DNA of 61,339 nucleotides, the filler included. It is 3 parts of 3 records of this genome, joined end to end, with 100 filler letters (N's around TTAATTAATTAA, not from the genome) between each part and the next. Parts side by side here need not be neighbours in the genome. Positions count along the whole stretch, not along the records: positions 1 to 30,592 come from DRR723986_9941; 2 more parts are not named here. One strand, 5' to 3'. A program made the position numbers and the translations under genes. This document shows positions 10,074 to 20,150 of this stretch, in pieces. How positions within the stretch are numbered: position 1 is the first letter of the stretch; each line of letters opens with the position of its first letter. The notes under the pieces were generated by a model that saw only the letters and a list, made by a program, of their open reading frames with translations, searched no databases and had not been told where the DNA came from.

Positions 10074-11120
10074 ATGCCCGATTCCAAAGCCAGCTTTGCC
10101 TTTGTCCTTCAGCCAGAGTTTCCGCTGACCGCGCTGATCCTCGCCTGCGACTCGCTGCGGATTGCGAACCAGAACTCGGGTCGCGACCTCTTTGATTGGC
10201 GCGTCCTGTCCGAAGACGGCGCGGAAGTGCGTGCCTCGAACGGCATGTGGTTCGCCGCCGACAACGATCTGACGCCCTCGGGGCCGGTCGATGTCTGTCT
10301 TTTGTTCCAGGGCAATCTGCCAACGCAGAACTTGTCCCGGCGGCTGCTTGGCTACCTGCGGACGCAGGCCCGCTTCGGGGCAATCGTCGGCGGGGTGGAC
10401 ACCGGCGCCTATGCGCTTGCGCAGGCCGGGCTGGTGGCGACGGAAGCTGCGCCAGAGGTGGTCCTGCACTGGGAGGCGGTGCCCACGTTCCGCGAATGGT
10501 TTCCCGATGCGCAGCCTCTCAACGGCATCTACATGAGCGCCGGCAAGCGGGTTCATTGCGCAGGCGGGATCGCCACGCTGGACCTGATGCTCGACCTCAT
10601 CGCGCGGTTCACGGGCGAGGCGATGGCCAGCGAGGTCGCCAATGCAATGGTCCACAGCAGACGGTCCCCGGATACGCAGCAGCGGCTTGACCAGCCGGTC
10701 GATAGCGGCGCGGGCAGCCTGGTGTCGCGACTGACCCGAACGATGGAGCAGAACCTCGATTTTCCACTGTCGCTGGACGAATTGGCCGAGAGCCTGGACA
10801 CCCCCAAACGCACCCTCGCGCGCGCCAGCGAAACCGCGTTCGGCATATCCCCCATGCGGCTGTATCTTCGGATCCGGCTTCAGGCAGCGCGCAACTTCCT
10901 GTTCTATGAGGATCTCTCGATAAAGGAGATCGCCACCGCCTGTGGGTTCTCCGCGCCGGGGGCCTTCACGCGCAGCTTCAACGCCCAGTTCGGAACCAGC
11001 CCGTCCAGCTTCCGCGCCGCGGTGCGCAAGAGCCAGAGACTTACCGAACACCCCGAGATCCATCGCATCATCCGGCGAAGCGGTCATTCCGCCAACGCCC
11101 CGTCTTCAGACAGTGCATAG
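10074..11120 (+). CDS. GlxA-type AraC transcriptional regulator (DJ-1/PfpI plus HTH)
   Basis: DSLRIAN, GVDTGAYALAQAGL, LHWE and a C-terminal AraC HTH; RBS GAGGAGG. Confidence 0.92.
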   Translation: MPDSKASFAFVLQPEFPLTALILACDSLRIANQNSGRDLFDWRVLSEDGAEVRASNGMWFAADNDLTPSGPVDVCLLFQGNLPTQNLSRRLLGYLRTQARFGAIVGGVDTGAYALAQAGLVATEAAPEVVLHWEAVPTFREWFPDAQPLNGIYMSAGKRVHCAGGIATLDLMLDLIARFTGEAMASEVANAMVHSRRSPDTQQRLDQPVDSGAGSLVSRLTRTMEQNLDFPLSLDELAESLDTPKRTLARASETAFGISPMRLYLRIRLQAARNFLFYEDLSIKEIATACGFSAPGAFTRSFNAQFGTSPSSFRAAVRKSQRLTEHPEIHRIIRRSGHSANAPSSDSA

Positions 11121-11199
11121 GCATAGCCCGATGAGACATACTGCTTGCGCGATGGATTGTCCCTGACACGGATTGCCACCCAATATCGAAAGAGCCGGG

Positions 11200-12324
11200 T
11201 CAGGCCGTCTGCCCGAACCGGGCAGGATGGAAGGCCATGAGAGCATCTGCATCGCCTCCGGTTATGCGTTCGGAAAACAGACGTGCATGCACCGGCGCCA
11301 GCGTGATCCCCGAATGACAGGCCGCGGCACTCGCTCTGTCCGAGAACTGATAGATTGGCGCGCCATCCGGCGTCATGACCCGCAGCCCCGCCCAATGACG
11401 CACCACGTTGATATCACGCAAGGCAGGCGTGATCCGCAGCGCATTGCGCGCCAACTGCCCTGCCGCGTCCAGCGTGGTGGACCGATCAAGCCCTACGTCC
11501 TCTTTCGTCGCCCCCACCAGGAAGGTGCCATCAGCGGTCTGACGCAGGGTGCTGGCAGGCAAGGTCATGACCCTTGGCAGCCGCTGGCTCACGATGACCT
11601 GCCCCCGCTGCGGACGCACCGGGATATCCAGCCCGACGCTTTCGGCAAGCTCCTTCGTCGCAAGTCCGGCAGCCACGGCGACATGTCCGGCGCCGATCCG
11701 CCCCGTGGCCGTAGTCAGTTCCCACCCAAGTGACACCGGCCGGATGGTGTCGACCTTGCTGCCGAACAGCACCCGACCCCCAAGCCGGGGGATGGCCCGA
11801 AGCAGCGCACTGTGCAGCTTGAGCGGATTGACGCAGCCATCGCGCCAGCAAAAGCTGGCCCCTGTCACCTCTGGTCCCAGTTCGAACTCTGGCATCAGAC
11901 GCTGAATGGCGGCCCGGTCGATCATCTCGTGGTCGTTTTCGCCGCCGCGCTCATTGTGCAGCCGATGCAGTTGCGATTCGCGCTCGGTGTAGCCGTCTTC
12001 ACCGAATGTGAATGTCAGCCCACCATTACGCTCATATGACAAGACCGGGCCGGGAACGCCCTCTTCCGGTCCGGCGATCTCGGTCAGTTCCTCAGCGAAG
12101 GCAGGCCATAAGTCGGACGAGACGCGGGTCAGACGCTGGTAGTCGGGACTGCCCGGCCCCTTGCCCTGCACCCAGACCAAGCCGAAATTCGCCGCGGATG
12201 CGCGCGGGTCGCTGGCACTGCCATCTAGCAAGACCACCGAACACCCGCTGAGAGCCAGGCCATAGGCGATGCTTGCCCCAACGACCCCGCCGCCGATTAC
12301 TGCGAAATCCGCCGTCTCATCCAT
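11200..12324 (-). CDS. FAD-dependent amino-acid oxidoreductase, HcnC/opine oxidase/DAO-like subunit
   Basis: VIGGGVVG, ASAANFGLVWVQGKG, WAGLRVMTPDG and HSGITLAP. Confidence 0.88.
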   Translation of the reverse strand: MDETADFAVIGGGVVGASIAYGLALSGCSVVLLDGSASDPRASAANFGLVWVQGKGPGSPDYQRLTRVSSDLWPAFAEELTEIAGPEEGVPGPVLSYERNGGLTFTFGEDGYTERESQLHRLHNERGGENDHEMIDRAAIQRLMPEFELGPEVTGASFCWRDGCVNPLKLHSALLRAIPRLGGRVLFGSKVDTIRPVSLGWELTTATGRIGAGHVAVAAGLATKELAESVGLDIPVRPQRGQVIVSQRLPRVMTLPASTLRQTADGTFLVGATKEDVGLDRSTTLDAAGQLARNALRITPALRDINVVRHWAGLRVMTPDGAPIYQFSDRASAAACHSGITLAPVHARLFSERITGGDADALMAFHPARFGQTA

Positions 12325-12384
12325 GCCGGTTCCTCTCGTCGATGGCTTGACACTAGGAACGGGTTGGCAGAATGTAAAAGCACT

Positions 12385-12415
12385 ATTCGAATAGGTGATA
12401 TTCCAAATGGTTATG
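12385..12415. promoter_or_regulatory. Putative tandem LysR boxes (ATTCGAATAGGTGAT / ATTCCAAATGGTTATG)
   Basis: In the divergent hcnC-like/LysR promoter; the second box recurs at 20064-20079 on the opposite strand. Confidence 0.6.
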
Positions 12416-12417
12416 AC

Positions 12418-13320
12418 ATGAGAAAACCCTCGCTTCGCCAGCTGGAGGCGTTCAAGGCCTTCGTGGAAACCGGAAGCGTGTCGCGCGCGGCGGACGTGCT
12501 GTTCATTTCCCAGCCCGCCGCCAGCAAGCTGCTCAATCACTTCGAAGCCGATATCGGGATGGAACTGATCGACCGCAGCTCCAACCGGCCAGTCGTGACC
12601 GAACGCGGTATGCGGGTTTACGAGGAAATCGACCGTATCCTGTCGGGCGTGGATCAGATCGGGCAGGCCATCGCCTCGATCCGGGCGGAGGAACGCAGTC
12701 AGATCACCGTTGGCGTGGTGCCGGGCTTTCCGGCCAATCTGCTGTCAAAGGCTGCGCAGATCGTGCGGCAGGAACGGCCCGATATCAGCCTGTCCTTCGT
12801 CGTTCGCAGTTCTGAATTCCTGTCGCACGGGGTATTGTCGCGAAAACTCGACCTCGCGCTGATCGCGCGGGAACTGGACCACGCCCAGGTTCGCAGTAGC
12901 ATTTTTTACGACAGGCCCATGGTGCTGATTACCCCGCCGGATCACCCGTTTGCGCAACGCAAAACGGTCAGCATGTCCGACCTGCAGGACCAGCCGTTCA
13001 TCGCTTTCACGCCAGGCAGCGTGACCCGCCGGATGACCGATGCGGCGATGGCAGAGGCCGGGGTGAACGCGGATATCGTGCTGAGCGCGACCACCGCTCC
13101 CAACTGCTGCGCGATGACCGCAGCGGGGCTTGGGGTCTGCGTGCTGTCACCCCTCTTTGCCAGCGATCATCTGGCCCGCCTGGCCGTGGTATCCTTTACC
13201 CCGCAATTGCCGTTTCACGTCCATGCGGTCCGCCCGGTGGAAGCCCGCGACAAACGCGGGCTGGAACTGGTGCTCAGGGCGCTGGAAACGGCGTGCGACG
13301 GTCTGCCAGGCACCGCCTGA
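12418..13320 (+). CDS. LysR family transcriptional regulator
   Basis: LRQLEAF...GSVSRAADVLFISQPAASK HTH plus a substrate-binding domain. Confidence 0.95.
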   Translation: MRKPSLRQLEAFKAFVETGSVSRAADVLFISQPAASKLLNHFEADIGMELIDRSSNRPVVTERGMRVYEEIDRILSGVDQIGQAIASIRAEERSQITVGVVPGFPANLLSKAAQIVRQERPDISLSFVVRSSEFLSHGVLSRKLDLALIARELDHAQVRSSIFYDRPMVLITPPDHPFAQRKTVSMSDLQDQPFIAFTPGSVTRRMTDAAMAEAGVNADIVLSATTAPNCCAMTAAGLGVCVLSPLFASDHLARLAVVSFTPQLPFHVHAVRPVEARDKRGLELVLRALETACDGLPGTA

Positions 13321-14617
13321 GCGGGCCAAGATCGCCTTCGCGCAAACAATCGAAGGCCTGTTCCCACTTGTCGCGGTCTTCCACCGCCACCTGATCGCGC
13401 GTCGCTACCCGAAACTTGCGCAGGCGCAAGTCCCAGCCCGGTCGGTCGCGCGCTTCGCCGCTTGGCGTCGTCACCGGGCTGTCGATCTGCCGGTCACCGC
13501 AGGTCACGCGCAGGTGCACCGGGGTTTCGGCGGGGAAACGCGCTTCCAGCTCCGGGTCGATGGAAATGCTGACCTTTGCCGCAAAGGCCTCGGCGGCTTC
13601 GTCGTGCAGATCTGCGCTCGACATGGGCAACAGGGCGTCTGCCCCGCGCAGAGCAACCAGCGCCAGGCAATAGGGGATGGAGTATTGCGCATCGACCAGG
13701 TTGCGCGGGCGCGGCGCGTTAGGAATGCGCAGAGCGCCGCTGTAAGCTCTGACATGGATCGCGTCGATCTGCGCGGCCTGAAGGCCATGGTCAGCCATCA
13801 GCGCGGCCAACGCCTCGACCGGTGCGTGGACGTGGCGGCAGGCGGCATGAAACTTGGTGTAGCTTTCGCAGATCGCGGGGCCGGGGCGATCGGCAAGGAT
13901 GGCATCGGCGTCGAAGAACGGCGCATGATCGACCAGATCGCGCGCGCCGGTCATGCCAGCCGCGGCCAAGGGCACCGCTGACAAACCTGTCGCAACGCCC
14001 CAGGGAATGCCCTCTTTCACATGGCTGCCATTGGGTTGCGGCCAGGCGGGCGGGGCCGTGGTCGTTGCCATGTGGGGGCCGGTTTCGCCCGCGATGGCCA
14101 GCGCATTGGCCATCTCCATCGGTGCAAGCCCTTGCAGCGCCCCTGCCCCGGCAGCAGCGGCGAAACCGCCCCAGAACCCGGTGCGCGCGTAAAAGCTGCG
14201 GGCCGCCGCGATGCGCAGACCGATCTCGTAGCCGATGGCGATGGCCCGCAGGATCGCCTCGTCGCTTGGCGAGGCACCCAGACTGTCCATCCGGTCGGCA
14301 TGGGCCAGCACCGCAGGCACGACCGCTGCGCCGGGATGCCCGCGCGAGGCACGGTGCCCGTCATCGAGGTCGAGCGCCGCCGAGGCCAGCGCATTGGCGA
14401 AGCCCGCCGCAACCGGTGAGCCCTTTTCGCCCGTGAACCACAGGACCGAGGGGCCAGCACCATAGGCTTCGCGCAGCGCCGGGCCGAAGCCGTGCGGCGG
14501 CGCGGCAGCCGCGGAGGTGACGGTATCGAGAACCGCCTCGATCGCACCCTGCCGCGCGGCATCGCACATCCGAAAGCCATGGGCGAGCTTTGCCAGGTCC
14601 TCCAGAACCGGGATCAT
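13274..14617 (-). CDS. MmgE/PrpD family protein
   Basis: LDLDDGH, GHPGAAVVPA, GYEIG, KFHAACRHVH and AQYSIPY; start MIPVLED overlaps the upstream stop. Confidence 0.9.
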   Translation of the reverse strand: MIPVLEDLAKLAHGFRMCDAARQGAIEAVLDTVTSAAAAPPHGFGPALREAYGAGPSVLWFTGEKGSPVAAGFANALASAALDLDDGHRASRGHPGAAVVPAVLAHADRMDSLGASPSDEAILRAIAIGYEIGLRIAAARSFYARTGFWGGFAAAAGAGALQGLAPMEMANALAIAGETGPHMATTTAPPAWPQPNGSHVKEGIPWGVATGLSAVPLAAAGMTGARDLVDHAPFFDADAILADRPGPAICESYTKFHAACRHVHAPVEALAALMADHGLQAAQIDAIHVRAYSGALRIPNAPRPRNLVDAQYSIPYCLALVALRGADALLPMSSADLHDEAAEAFAAKVSISIDPELEARFPAETPVHLRVTCGDRQIDSPVTTPSGEARDRPGWDLRLRKFRVATRDQVAVEDRDKWEQAFDCLREGDLGPLRRCLADRRTPFPAP

Positions 14618-15585
14618 TCTTCCGGGTTGTGGCATGCGACCCTGCGCCCTGTGTCTTCGATATCGGCCAGAACCGGGGCCTCTTGGCTGCAGATCGCCGT
14701 CGCCCTCGGGCAACGCGGGTGGAACGGGCAGCCCGAGGGCGGGTTCGCTGGCGACGGGATCTCGCCCTCCAGCAAGGCCAGCGCCCGGCGCTTGGATACA
14801 TCGGGCACCGGCGCGGCGTCGCGCAGCGACCGGGTATAGGGATGGCGCGGGCGTTCCAGCAGATCGCCCACTGGTCCGCTTTCCACGACCCGGCCCAGAT
14901 ACATCACCAGCACCCGGTCGCAGAAATTGCGCAGCACCCCAAGATCGTGGGTGATGAAGAGATAGCTCAATCCCCGTTCCTGCTGAATGCGCCGCATCAG
15001 AAGCAGAACCTGCGCCTGCACGGACACATCGAGCGCCGACACGGCCTCGTCCGCGATGATCAGGTCAGGCTCCAGGATCAGGGCGCGCGCGATGGCGATA
15101 CGCTGACGCTGGCCGCCGGAAAACTCATGCGGGTACTTGTCGACGGCACTGGCGGGCATGCCCACCTCCCCCAAAACTTCACGCACGCGCGGCAGGGCGT
15201 CACGATAGCGGATGCCCTTGTGGACATAGAGAGGCTCGGCCAGCGTGCGCCCGATGCTGCGCTTGGAGTTGAGCGAGGAATAGGGATCCTGAAACACCAT
15301 CTGGATACGCCCGCGCATGGCGCGCTTTTCGGCGCTTGCCAGTGTGGTCAGGTCGGTCCCGTCAAAGCGCACCGCGCCCGTGGTCGGCGCGATCAGGTCC
15401 AGCACGCAGCGCGCCAGCGTGGACTTCCCGCAGCCGGACTCACCCACAACGCCCACGGTTTCGCCTTTGGCGACGGTGAAGGAGACATCGCGCAGCGCGG
15501 TGACCTGGTAATCGGGCCGCAAGGACAGGAACCGGCGCGAGGTGAAGGTCTTGCCGAGGTTCTCGACGGTCAAAAGGTTGCTCAT
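14614..15585 (-). CDS. Oligopeptide/dipeptide ABC ATP-binding protein (OppF/DppF-like)
   Basis: GESGCGKST, FSGGQRQR, HPYT and the GCPFHPRC Cys cluster. Confidence 0.95.
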   Translation of the reverse strand: MSNLLTVENLGKTFTSRRFLSLRPDYQVTALRDVSFTVAKGETVGVVGESGCGKSTLARCVLDLIAPTTGAVRFDGTDLTTLASAEKRAMRGRIQMVFQDPYSSLNSKRSIGRTLAEPLYVHKGIRYRDALPRVREVLGEVGMPASAVDKYPHEFSGGQRQRIAIARALILEPDLIIADEAVSALDVSVQAQVLLLMRRIQQERGLSYLFITHDLGVLRNFCDRVLVMYLGRVVESGPVGDLLERPRHPYTRSLRDAAPVPDVSKRRALALLEGEIPSPANPPSGCPFHPRCPRATAICSQEAPVLADIEDTGRRVACHNPEE

Positions 15586-16544
15586 GCCACATCCCTCCTT
15601 GCCCAGCATCGCACCGCGTGTGGCCCTGATGAGAGGCTAGGCGGGCTGGAACAGGCCGCATGCGCTTCGACGCAGCGCGGGGCAAAGCGGCAGCCTTCGG
15701 GCATCGACTGGATCGAGGGCACCTGCCCTTCGATCGGATGCAGATCGAACGCCGCATCCGCGCGCGGCACCGTGCGCAGAAGGGCCTGCGTGTAGGGGTG
15801 CGAGGGCTTGTCGAACAGTTCCCCCACCGGGGCGGTTTCCACAAGGTCGCCCGCATACATGACCGCAACGCGATCCGCGACATTTGCAACCACGCCAAGA
15901 TCATGGGTGATCAGCACGATGGACAGCCCCTGTTCCCGCCGGATCTCATCCAGCAGCGCCAGCACCTGCGCCTGGATCGTTACGTCAAGCGCCGTGGTGG
16001 GCTCGTCCGCGATCAGGATCTCGGGACGACACGCGAGGCCAATGGCGATCATAACCCGCTGGCGCATCCCGCCAGACAGCTCGTGCGGGTATTGCCGCAG
16101 ACGCCGGTCCGCATCGGGAATGCGCACGAGGTCGAGCAGGTGGCGCGCCTCGCGCTTGGCCTCGGACCATCCCATGCCCTTGTGCAGCACCAGGGGTTCG
16201 GCGATCTGCTCGCCCACGGTCAGCACCGGGTTCAGCGAGGTCATCGGTTCCTGAAAGATCATCGCGATGCGCCGGCCGCGGATCGTCTGCAACTCGGCCT
16301 CCGGCATGGTCAGAATATCCTTGCCATCGAACCCGATCCGCCCGCCAAGCCGTGCCGATCCGGGCAGAAGCCGCATCAGCGACATGGCGGTGATGCTCTT
16401 GCCACAGCCGGATTCCCCGACCAGACACAGGGTTTCATCGGGCATGATGTCGAAGGAGACGCCGTTCACCGCACGGCACCAGCGATCCTCGATCCTGAAG
16501 GAAATCGACAGGTCTTCGACCGTCATCAGGGGGGTGGCGGTCAT
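15582..16544 (-). CDS. Oligopeptide/dipeptide ABC ATP-binding protein (OppD/DppD-like)
   Basis: GESGCGKS, FQEPMTSLNP, LSGGMRQR and DEPTTALD. Confidence 0.95.
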   Translation of the reverse strand: MTATPLMTVEDLSISFRIEDRWCRAVNGVSFDIMPDETLCLVGESGCGKSITAMSLMRLLPGSARLGGRIGFDGKDILTMPEAELQTIRGRRIAMIFQEPMTSLNPVLTVGEQIAEPLVLHKGMGWSEAKREARHLLDLVRIPDADRRLRQYPHELSGGMRQRVMIAIGLACRPEILIADEPTTALDVTIQAQVLALLDEIRREQGLSIVLITHDLGVVANVADRVAVMYAGDLVETAPVGELFDKPSHPYTQALLRTVPRADAAFDLHPIEGQVPSIQSMPEGCRFAPRCVEAHAACSSPPSLSSGPHAVRCWARRDVA

Positions 16545-16547
16545 GGC

Positions 16548-17417
16548 TCAGTCCCTCAGCTTGGGGTCGATGGCATCGCGCAGGCCGTCCCCGATCAGGT
16601 TCAGCGAGAGCACGACAAGAAGAACGGCGAAGCCGGGATAGATCGAGACGAAGGGGGAATCGAGAATGTGCTCGAAGCCTTCCCGGATCATCGTCCCGAG
16701 CGTGGGCGTGGGCGGCGCGATGCCAAGGCCGATGAAGCTCAGATACGCCTCGATCCGGATCGCGTAGGCCGCCCAAAGCGATGCCAGTACGATCACCTCG
16801 CCCAAAACATTGGGCGCGATATGCACGGCCATGATCCGAAGGTCGGAATAGCCAAGGGCGCGGGCGGCTTCGACGAATTCGCGCTCCTTCAGCGCAATCG
16901 TCGGCGCACGGGCCACGCGGGCGAATTTGGGCAGGATCGTCACCGTGATCGCCAGGACGATATTCCAGAAATTCGCCCCCAGAACAGCCACGATAAAGAG
17001 CCCGGTGATTAACGTCGGAAAGGCCAGCAACATGTCCATGATCCGCATGATCAGGCTATCGACCCATCCACCGCGATACCCCGCGAGGATGCCGAGCGCG
17101 CTGCCGAGGATCATGGCCAGCGCCGTCGAGATCAGACCGATCAGCAGCGAGACGCGCAGTCCGTACAGGATGCGGGTCCAGGTATCGCGGCCATAGACAT
17201 CGGTGCCAAGCAGGTAGTCGGCCGAGCGGTCCTCCAGCCGGTGCAGAATGTTCTGCGCCAGCGGGTCGTGTGACGAAAGCAGCGGCGCCGCAATCGCGGC
17301 CAATGCGATCAGCCCGAACAGGATAAGTCCTACGGTCGACAGCTTGTTGCGCCGGGCAAGCCGCAACAGCCTCTGGGCCGGGGTGCGCTGCGGGGGAGTG
17401 GTAACGGTCGCGGTCAT
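16548..17417 (-). CDS. Peptide/nickel ABC permease (OppC-like)
   Basis: LGTDVYGRD and the EAA loop EFVEAARALG. Confidence 0.95.
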   Translation of the reverse strand: MTATVTTPPQRTPAQRLLRLARRNKLSTVGLILFGLIALAAIAAPLLSSHDPLAQNILHRLEDRSADYLLGTDVYGRDTWTRILYGLRVSLLIGLISTALAMILGSALGILAGYRGGWVDSLIMRIMDMLLAFPTLITGLFIVAVLGANFWNIVLAITVTILPKFARVARAPTIALKEREFVEAARALGYSDLRIMAVHIAPNVLGEVIVLASLWAAYAIRIEAYLSFIGLGIAPPTPTLGTMIREGFEHILDSPFVSIYPGFAVLLVVLSLNLIGDGLRDAIDPKLRD

Positions 17418-18352
17418 TTCAGTTTCACTCTCGGGTCGACGAGGCCATAGGCGATGTCGGTCAGCAGATTCACCATCACCACGAGGAAGGCCGAGAAGAC
17501 CATGAGCCCCTGCAGCGTGGAATAATCCCTCTGGTTCAGGGCCAGCACGATAAGTTTGCCCAGGCCCGGTCGGTTGAAGATGATCTCGGTCAGAACGGCA
17601 TTGCCGATCATCAGCCCGAAATAGAGCCCGATCACGGTGACGATGGGGATCAGAGCGTTGCGAAGCGCATGATGCAGCACCAGCCGCCGCATCGGTGCGC
17701 CCTTGGCCCGCGCGGTGCGGATATAATCCTCACCCAACACGTCCAGCATGGCAGAACGCGCGGTGCGCATCACATAGGCCACCATGATCAGCCCAAGGCT
17801 GAGGGCGGGCAAAAAGAGGTTGTAAAGCCTGTCCCCGATCCCGCCCGTCGGCGTCGAGATCACCGGGAAGAGGCGCCAGTCGATGGCCAGCCAAAGGATC
17901 AGCAGGATCGCGGTCAGGAAGGCCGGAAAGCTCAGCCCGACCAGCGACACGACGCGCAGCAGGTAATCCAGCCAGCCGTTGCGCTTCAGCGCCGCCATGA
18001 TGCCCAGCGGGGTGCCGATGACCACCCCGAAGAACACCGCGCCCAGCGCCAGTTCCAGCGTGTAGGGCAGCACCTCCAGAATCGAGGTCAGAACCGGCGT
18101 GCCCGAGATCATCGACTCGCCCAGCGATCCGCGCGCGATGCCACGCAGGAAATCGAGATACTGGACCCACATCGGGTCATTGAGCCCCATCCGCTCGCGG
18201 AACGCATCCAGAGCCTCCTGAGAGGCATTGTCGCCCAGGATTGCAAGCGCGGGGTCGCCGGGTGCGACCCGGATCATGACAAAGACGATCGTCAGGACGC
18301 CCAGAAGCGTCGGGATCGTGCTCAGCAGCCGTCTGAGGATGAAACCGGCCAT
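17414..18352 (-). CDS. Peptide/nickel ABC permease (OppB-like)
   Basis: PGDPA, DYIRTARAKG and RDY. Confidence 0.95.
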   Translation of the reverse strand: MAGFILRRLLSTIPTLLGVLTIVFVMIRVAPGDPALAILGDNASQEALDAFRERMGLNDPMWVQYLDFLRGIARGSLGESMISGTPVLTSILEVLPYTLELALGAVFFGVVIGTPLGIMAALKRNGWLDYLLRVVSLVGLSFPAFLTAILLILWLAIDWRLFPVISTPTGGIGDRLYNLFLPALSLGLIMVAYVMRTARSAMLDVLGEDYIRTARAKGAPMRRLVLHHALRNALIPIVTVIGLYFGLMIGNAVLTEIIFNRPGLGKLIVLALNQRDYSTLQGLMVFSAFLVVMVNLLTDIAYGLVDPRVKLK

Positions 18353-18369
18353 CTTGCCCTCCAGAAGAA

Positions 18370-18396
18370 GCAGAGGCGACCCGGGGCCGCCTCTGC
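18370..18396 (-). terminator. Hairpin after the binding-protein gene
   Basis: Minus strand GCAGAGGCGGCC-ccg-GGTCGCCTCTGC followed by TTCTT. Confidence 0.55.
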
Positions 18397-18408
18397 AAGT
18401 TGACCAGC

Positions 18409-19956
18409 TTACTCGGCCAGTGTCGATTGCTCGGTGATCACTGGCCCAAGGGAGAGAGAGCCTTGCAGTTCGTAGCCGAGGTCAACGTCGGGGGACCGCG
18501 CGAAGACCTGCAACAGCTCGAACAGCGGGATCGAGCAGACCTCGTCCACGATTGCCTGTTGCGCGTCGGCCCAAAGCGCCATCTGCGTATCCATATCCGC
18601 CTCTGACCGGGCCTGAACGATCTGGTCGTCTGCAACATCGCAATGCGAGAAATTGGTCACGGCCGTGGGCGTGTTGACGATGCTGTCGGAGTGATAGAAC
18701 TGCGTCAGGTAGGTATCGGCCACCGGGAAACGGGCCGCGCCATAGAGCACCATGGAACTGACATCGTCGCGGATTGCGGCATGCCAGGCGGAATGCTCCA
18801 TCACCTCCAGTTCGACATTGATGCCCGCCGCCGCCAGCTGCGCCTGCAAGACCTGCATCGGCGCAAAGAGTGACGCACGCTCGGTGATTGCCACCGGAAC
18901 GGTAATGCCATCGGGATAGCCCGCTTCGGCCAGCAATTCGCGGGCGCGCTCGGGGTCATAGGCCAGGAACGTAACGTCTGCGTTGTGACCCAGATAGCCA
19001 TCCGGCACCGGCGCCTCGTTGGCTCGGGCCACCGAGGCGCCCATGAAAGCAACCAGCTCTTCCCGGTTCACCGCATGGGCCACGGCCTGACGCACGCGGG
19101 TGTCGTCGAAAGGCGGCATCGCGGCATTGATATGCAGAGTGCGCAATTCACCGGGTTCGAAGACGTCCACTACGGCTTCGCCGGTTTCGGACATATTGGT
19201 GACCCAACGATCTTCACGTGTGCCTGCGATCATGTCCAGTTCACCCGTCTGGAAGGCAAGGTCACGGGTGCTGGCAGAAGAAATATAGCGAATCGTGATC
19301 GCATCGATTTCCGGAGCACCCCGGAAGTAATCTGGGTTGGCGACCAGGCGGACGAATTGGCCTTCAGCCAGTTCATCGAAGGCAAACGGACCTGTCCCGA
19401 TCGGGTTGGTGTGGAAGTTTTCGCCCATTTCCTCGGCGGCGCGGGCGGACACGATATTGCCGCCGTGATAGTTGGCGACAACGCCAAGCAGGCTGGGAAT
19501 ACCTTCTGCCAGCGTGATCTGTACGGTGTAGTCGTCCAGCGCCTCGACGCTTGCGAACTGGGTGTAGTCGGACGACACCCCGGACCGGTCCGGATCGGCG
19601 GCGCGGGTCAGGGAGTAGACGACGTCGGCGGCGGTCATTTCGCCGTAGCCGCCATGGAACTGCACGCCTTGGCGCAGGTGGAAGGTCCAGACCAGGCCAT
19701 CTTCGGAGGTTTCCCAGCTTTCCGCCAGATCGGGTTCGATATCCTCACCGGACATGGAGCCGGGCGCAAAGCGCACAAGGCCGTTGAAGACCATGCCGAA
19801 GACGATCTTGTCCTCGGTGCGCGTGGAAATATGCGGATCGAGCTGACCCGCGCTCTGGGCTGACACAGCCATGGTCAGTTCCTGCGCGTGCAGGTCCGTG
19901 GTCAGGGCGCTTGTGGCAAGTAGGACCGAAAGGGCCGTTGCGTTCAAGAGTTTCAT
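18409..19956 (-). CDS. ABC substrate-binding protein, family 5 (OppA/DppA-like)
   Basis: Signal peptide, PDLAESWE, LRQGVQFHGG, PIGTGPF and RVRQAVAHAVNR. Confidence 0.95.
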   Translation of the reverse strand: MKLLNATALSVLLATSALTTDLHAQELTMAVSAQSAGQLDPHISTRTEDKIVFGMVFNGLVRFAPGSMSGEDIEPDLAESWETSEDGLVWTFHLRQGVQFHGGYGEMTAADVVYSLTRAADPDRSGVSSDYTQFASVEALDDYTVQITLAEGIPSLLGVVANYHGGNIVSARAAEEMGENFHTNPIGTGPFAFDELAEGQFVRLVANPDYFRGAPEIDAITIRYISSASTRDLAFQTGELDMIAGTREDRWVTNMSETGEAVVDVFEPGELRTLHINAAMPPFDDTRVRQAVAHAVNREELVAFMGASVARANEAPVPDGYLGHNADVTFLAYDPERARELLAEAGYPDGITVPVAITERASLFAPMQVLQAQLAAAGINVELEVMEHSAWHAAIRDDVSSMVLYGAARFPVADTYLTQFYHSDSIVNTPTAVTNFSHCDVADDQIVQARSEADMDTQMALWADAQQAIVDEVCSIPLFELLQVFARSPDVDLGYELQGSLSLGPVITEQSTLAE

Positions 19957-20037
19957 CGAGTCGCCTCCGCTGTTTTGACGCTACGTTAAACAACCGCCAC
20001 GACACCTTAACGTCAAATACCGATTTTCGCATCTCGT

Positions 20038-20079
20038 ATTCCAATTGGATATACAGATCTTGGCATAACCTTTTGGAAT
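20038..20079. promoter_or_regulatory. Putative LysR boxes (ATTCCAATTGGATAT; CATAACCTTTTGGAAT)
   Basis: The reverse complement of 20064-20079 (ATTCCAAAAGGTTATG) matches 12400-12415 at 15 of 16 positions. Confidence 0.65.
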
Positions 20080-20150
20080 GAGATCAGCAATAAATGACGT
20101 ATTCACTCATGACTACCCCGCCGCTAGCCTGACCGGCGAAAGGGTATGAT

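Noticed and set aside
13274-13320. 47-bp convergent overlap of LysR and PrpD
   Set aside because: A common 3'-end overlap with no sign of a special function.
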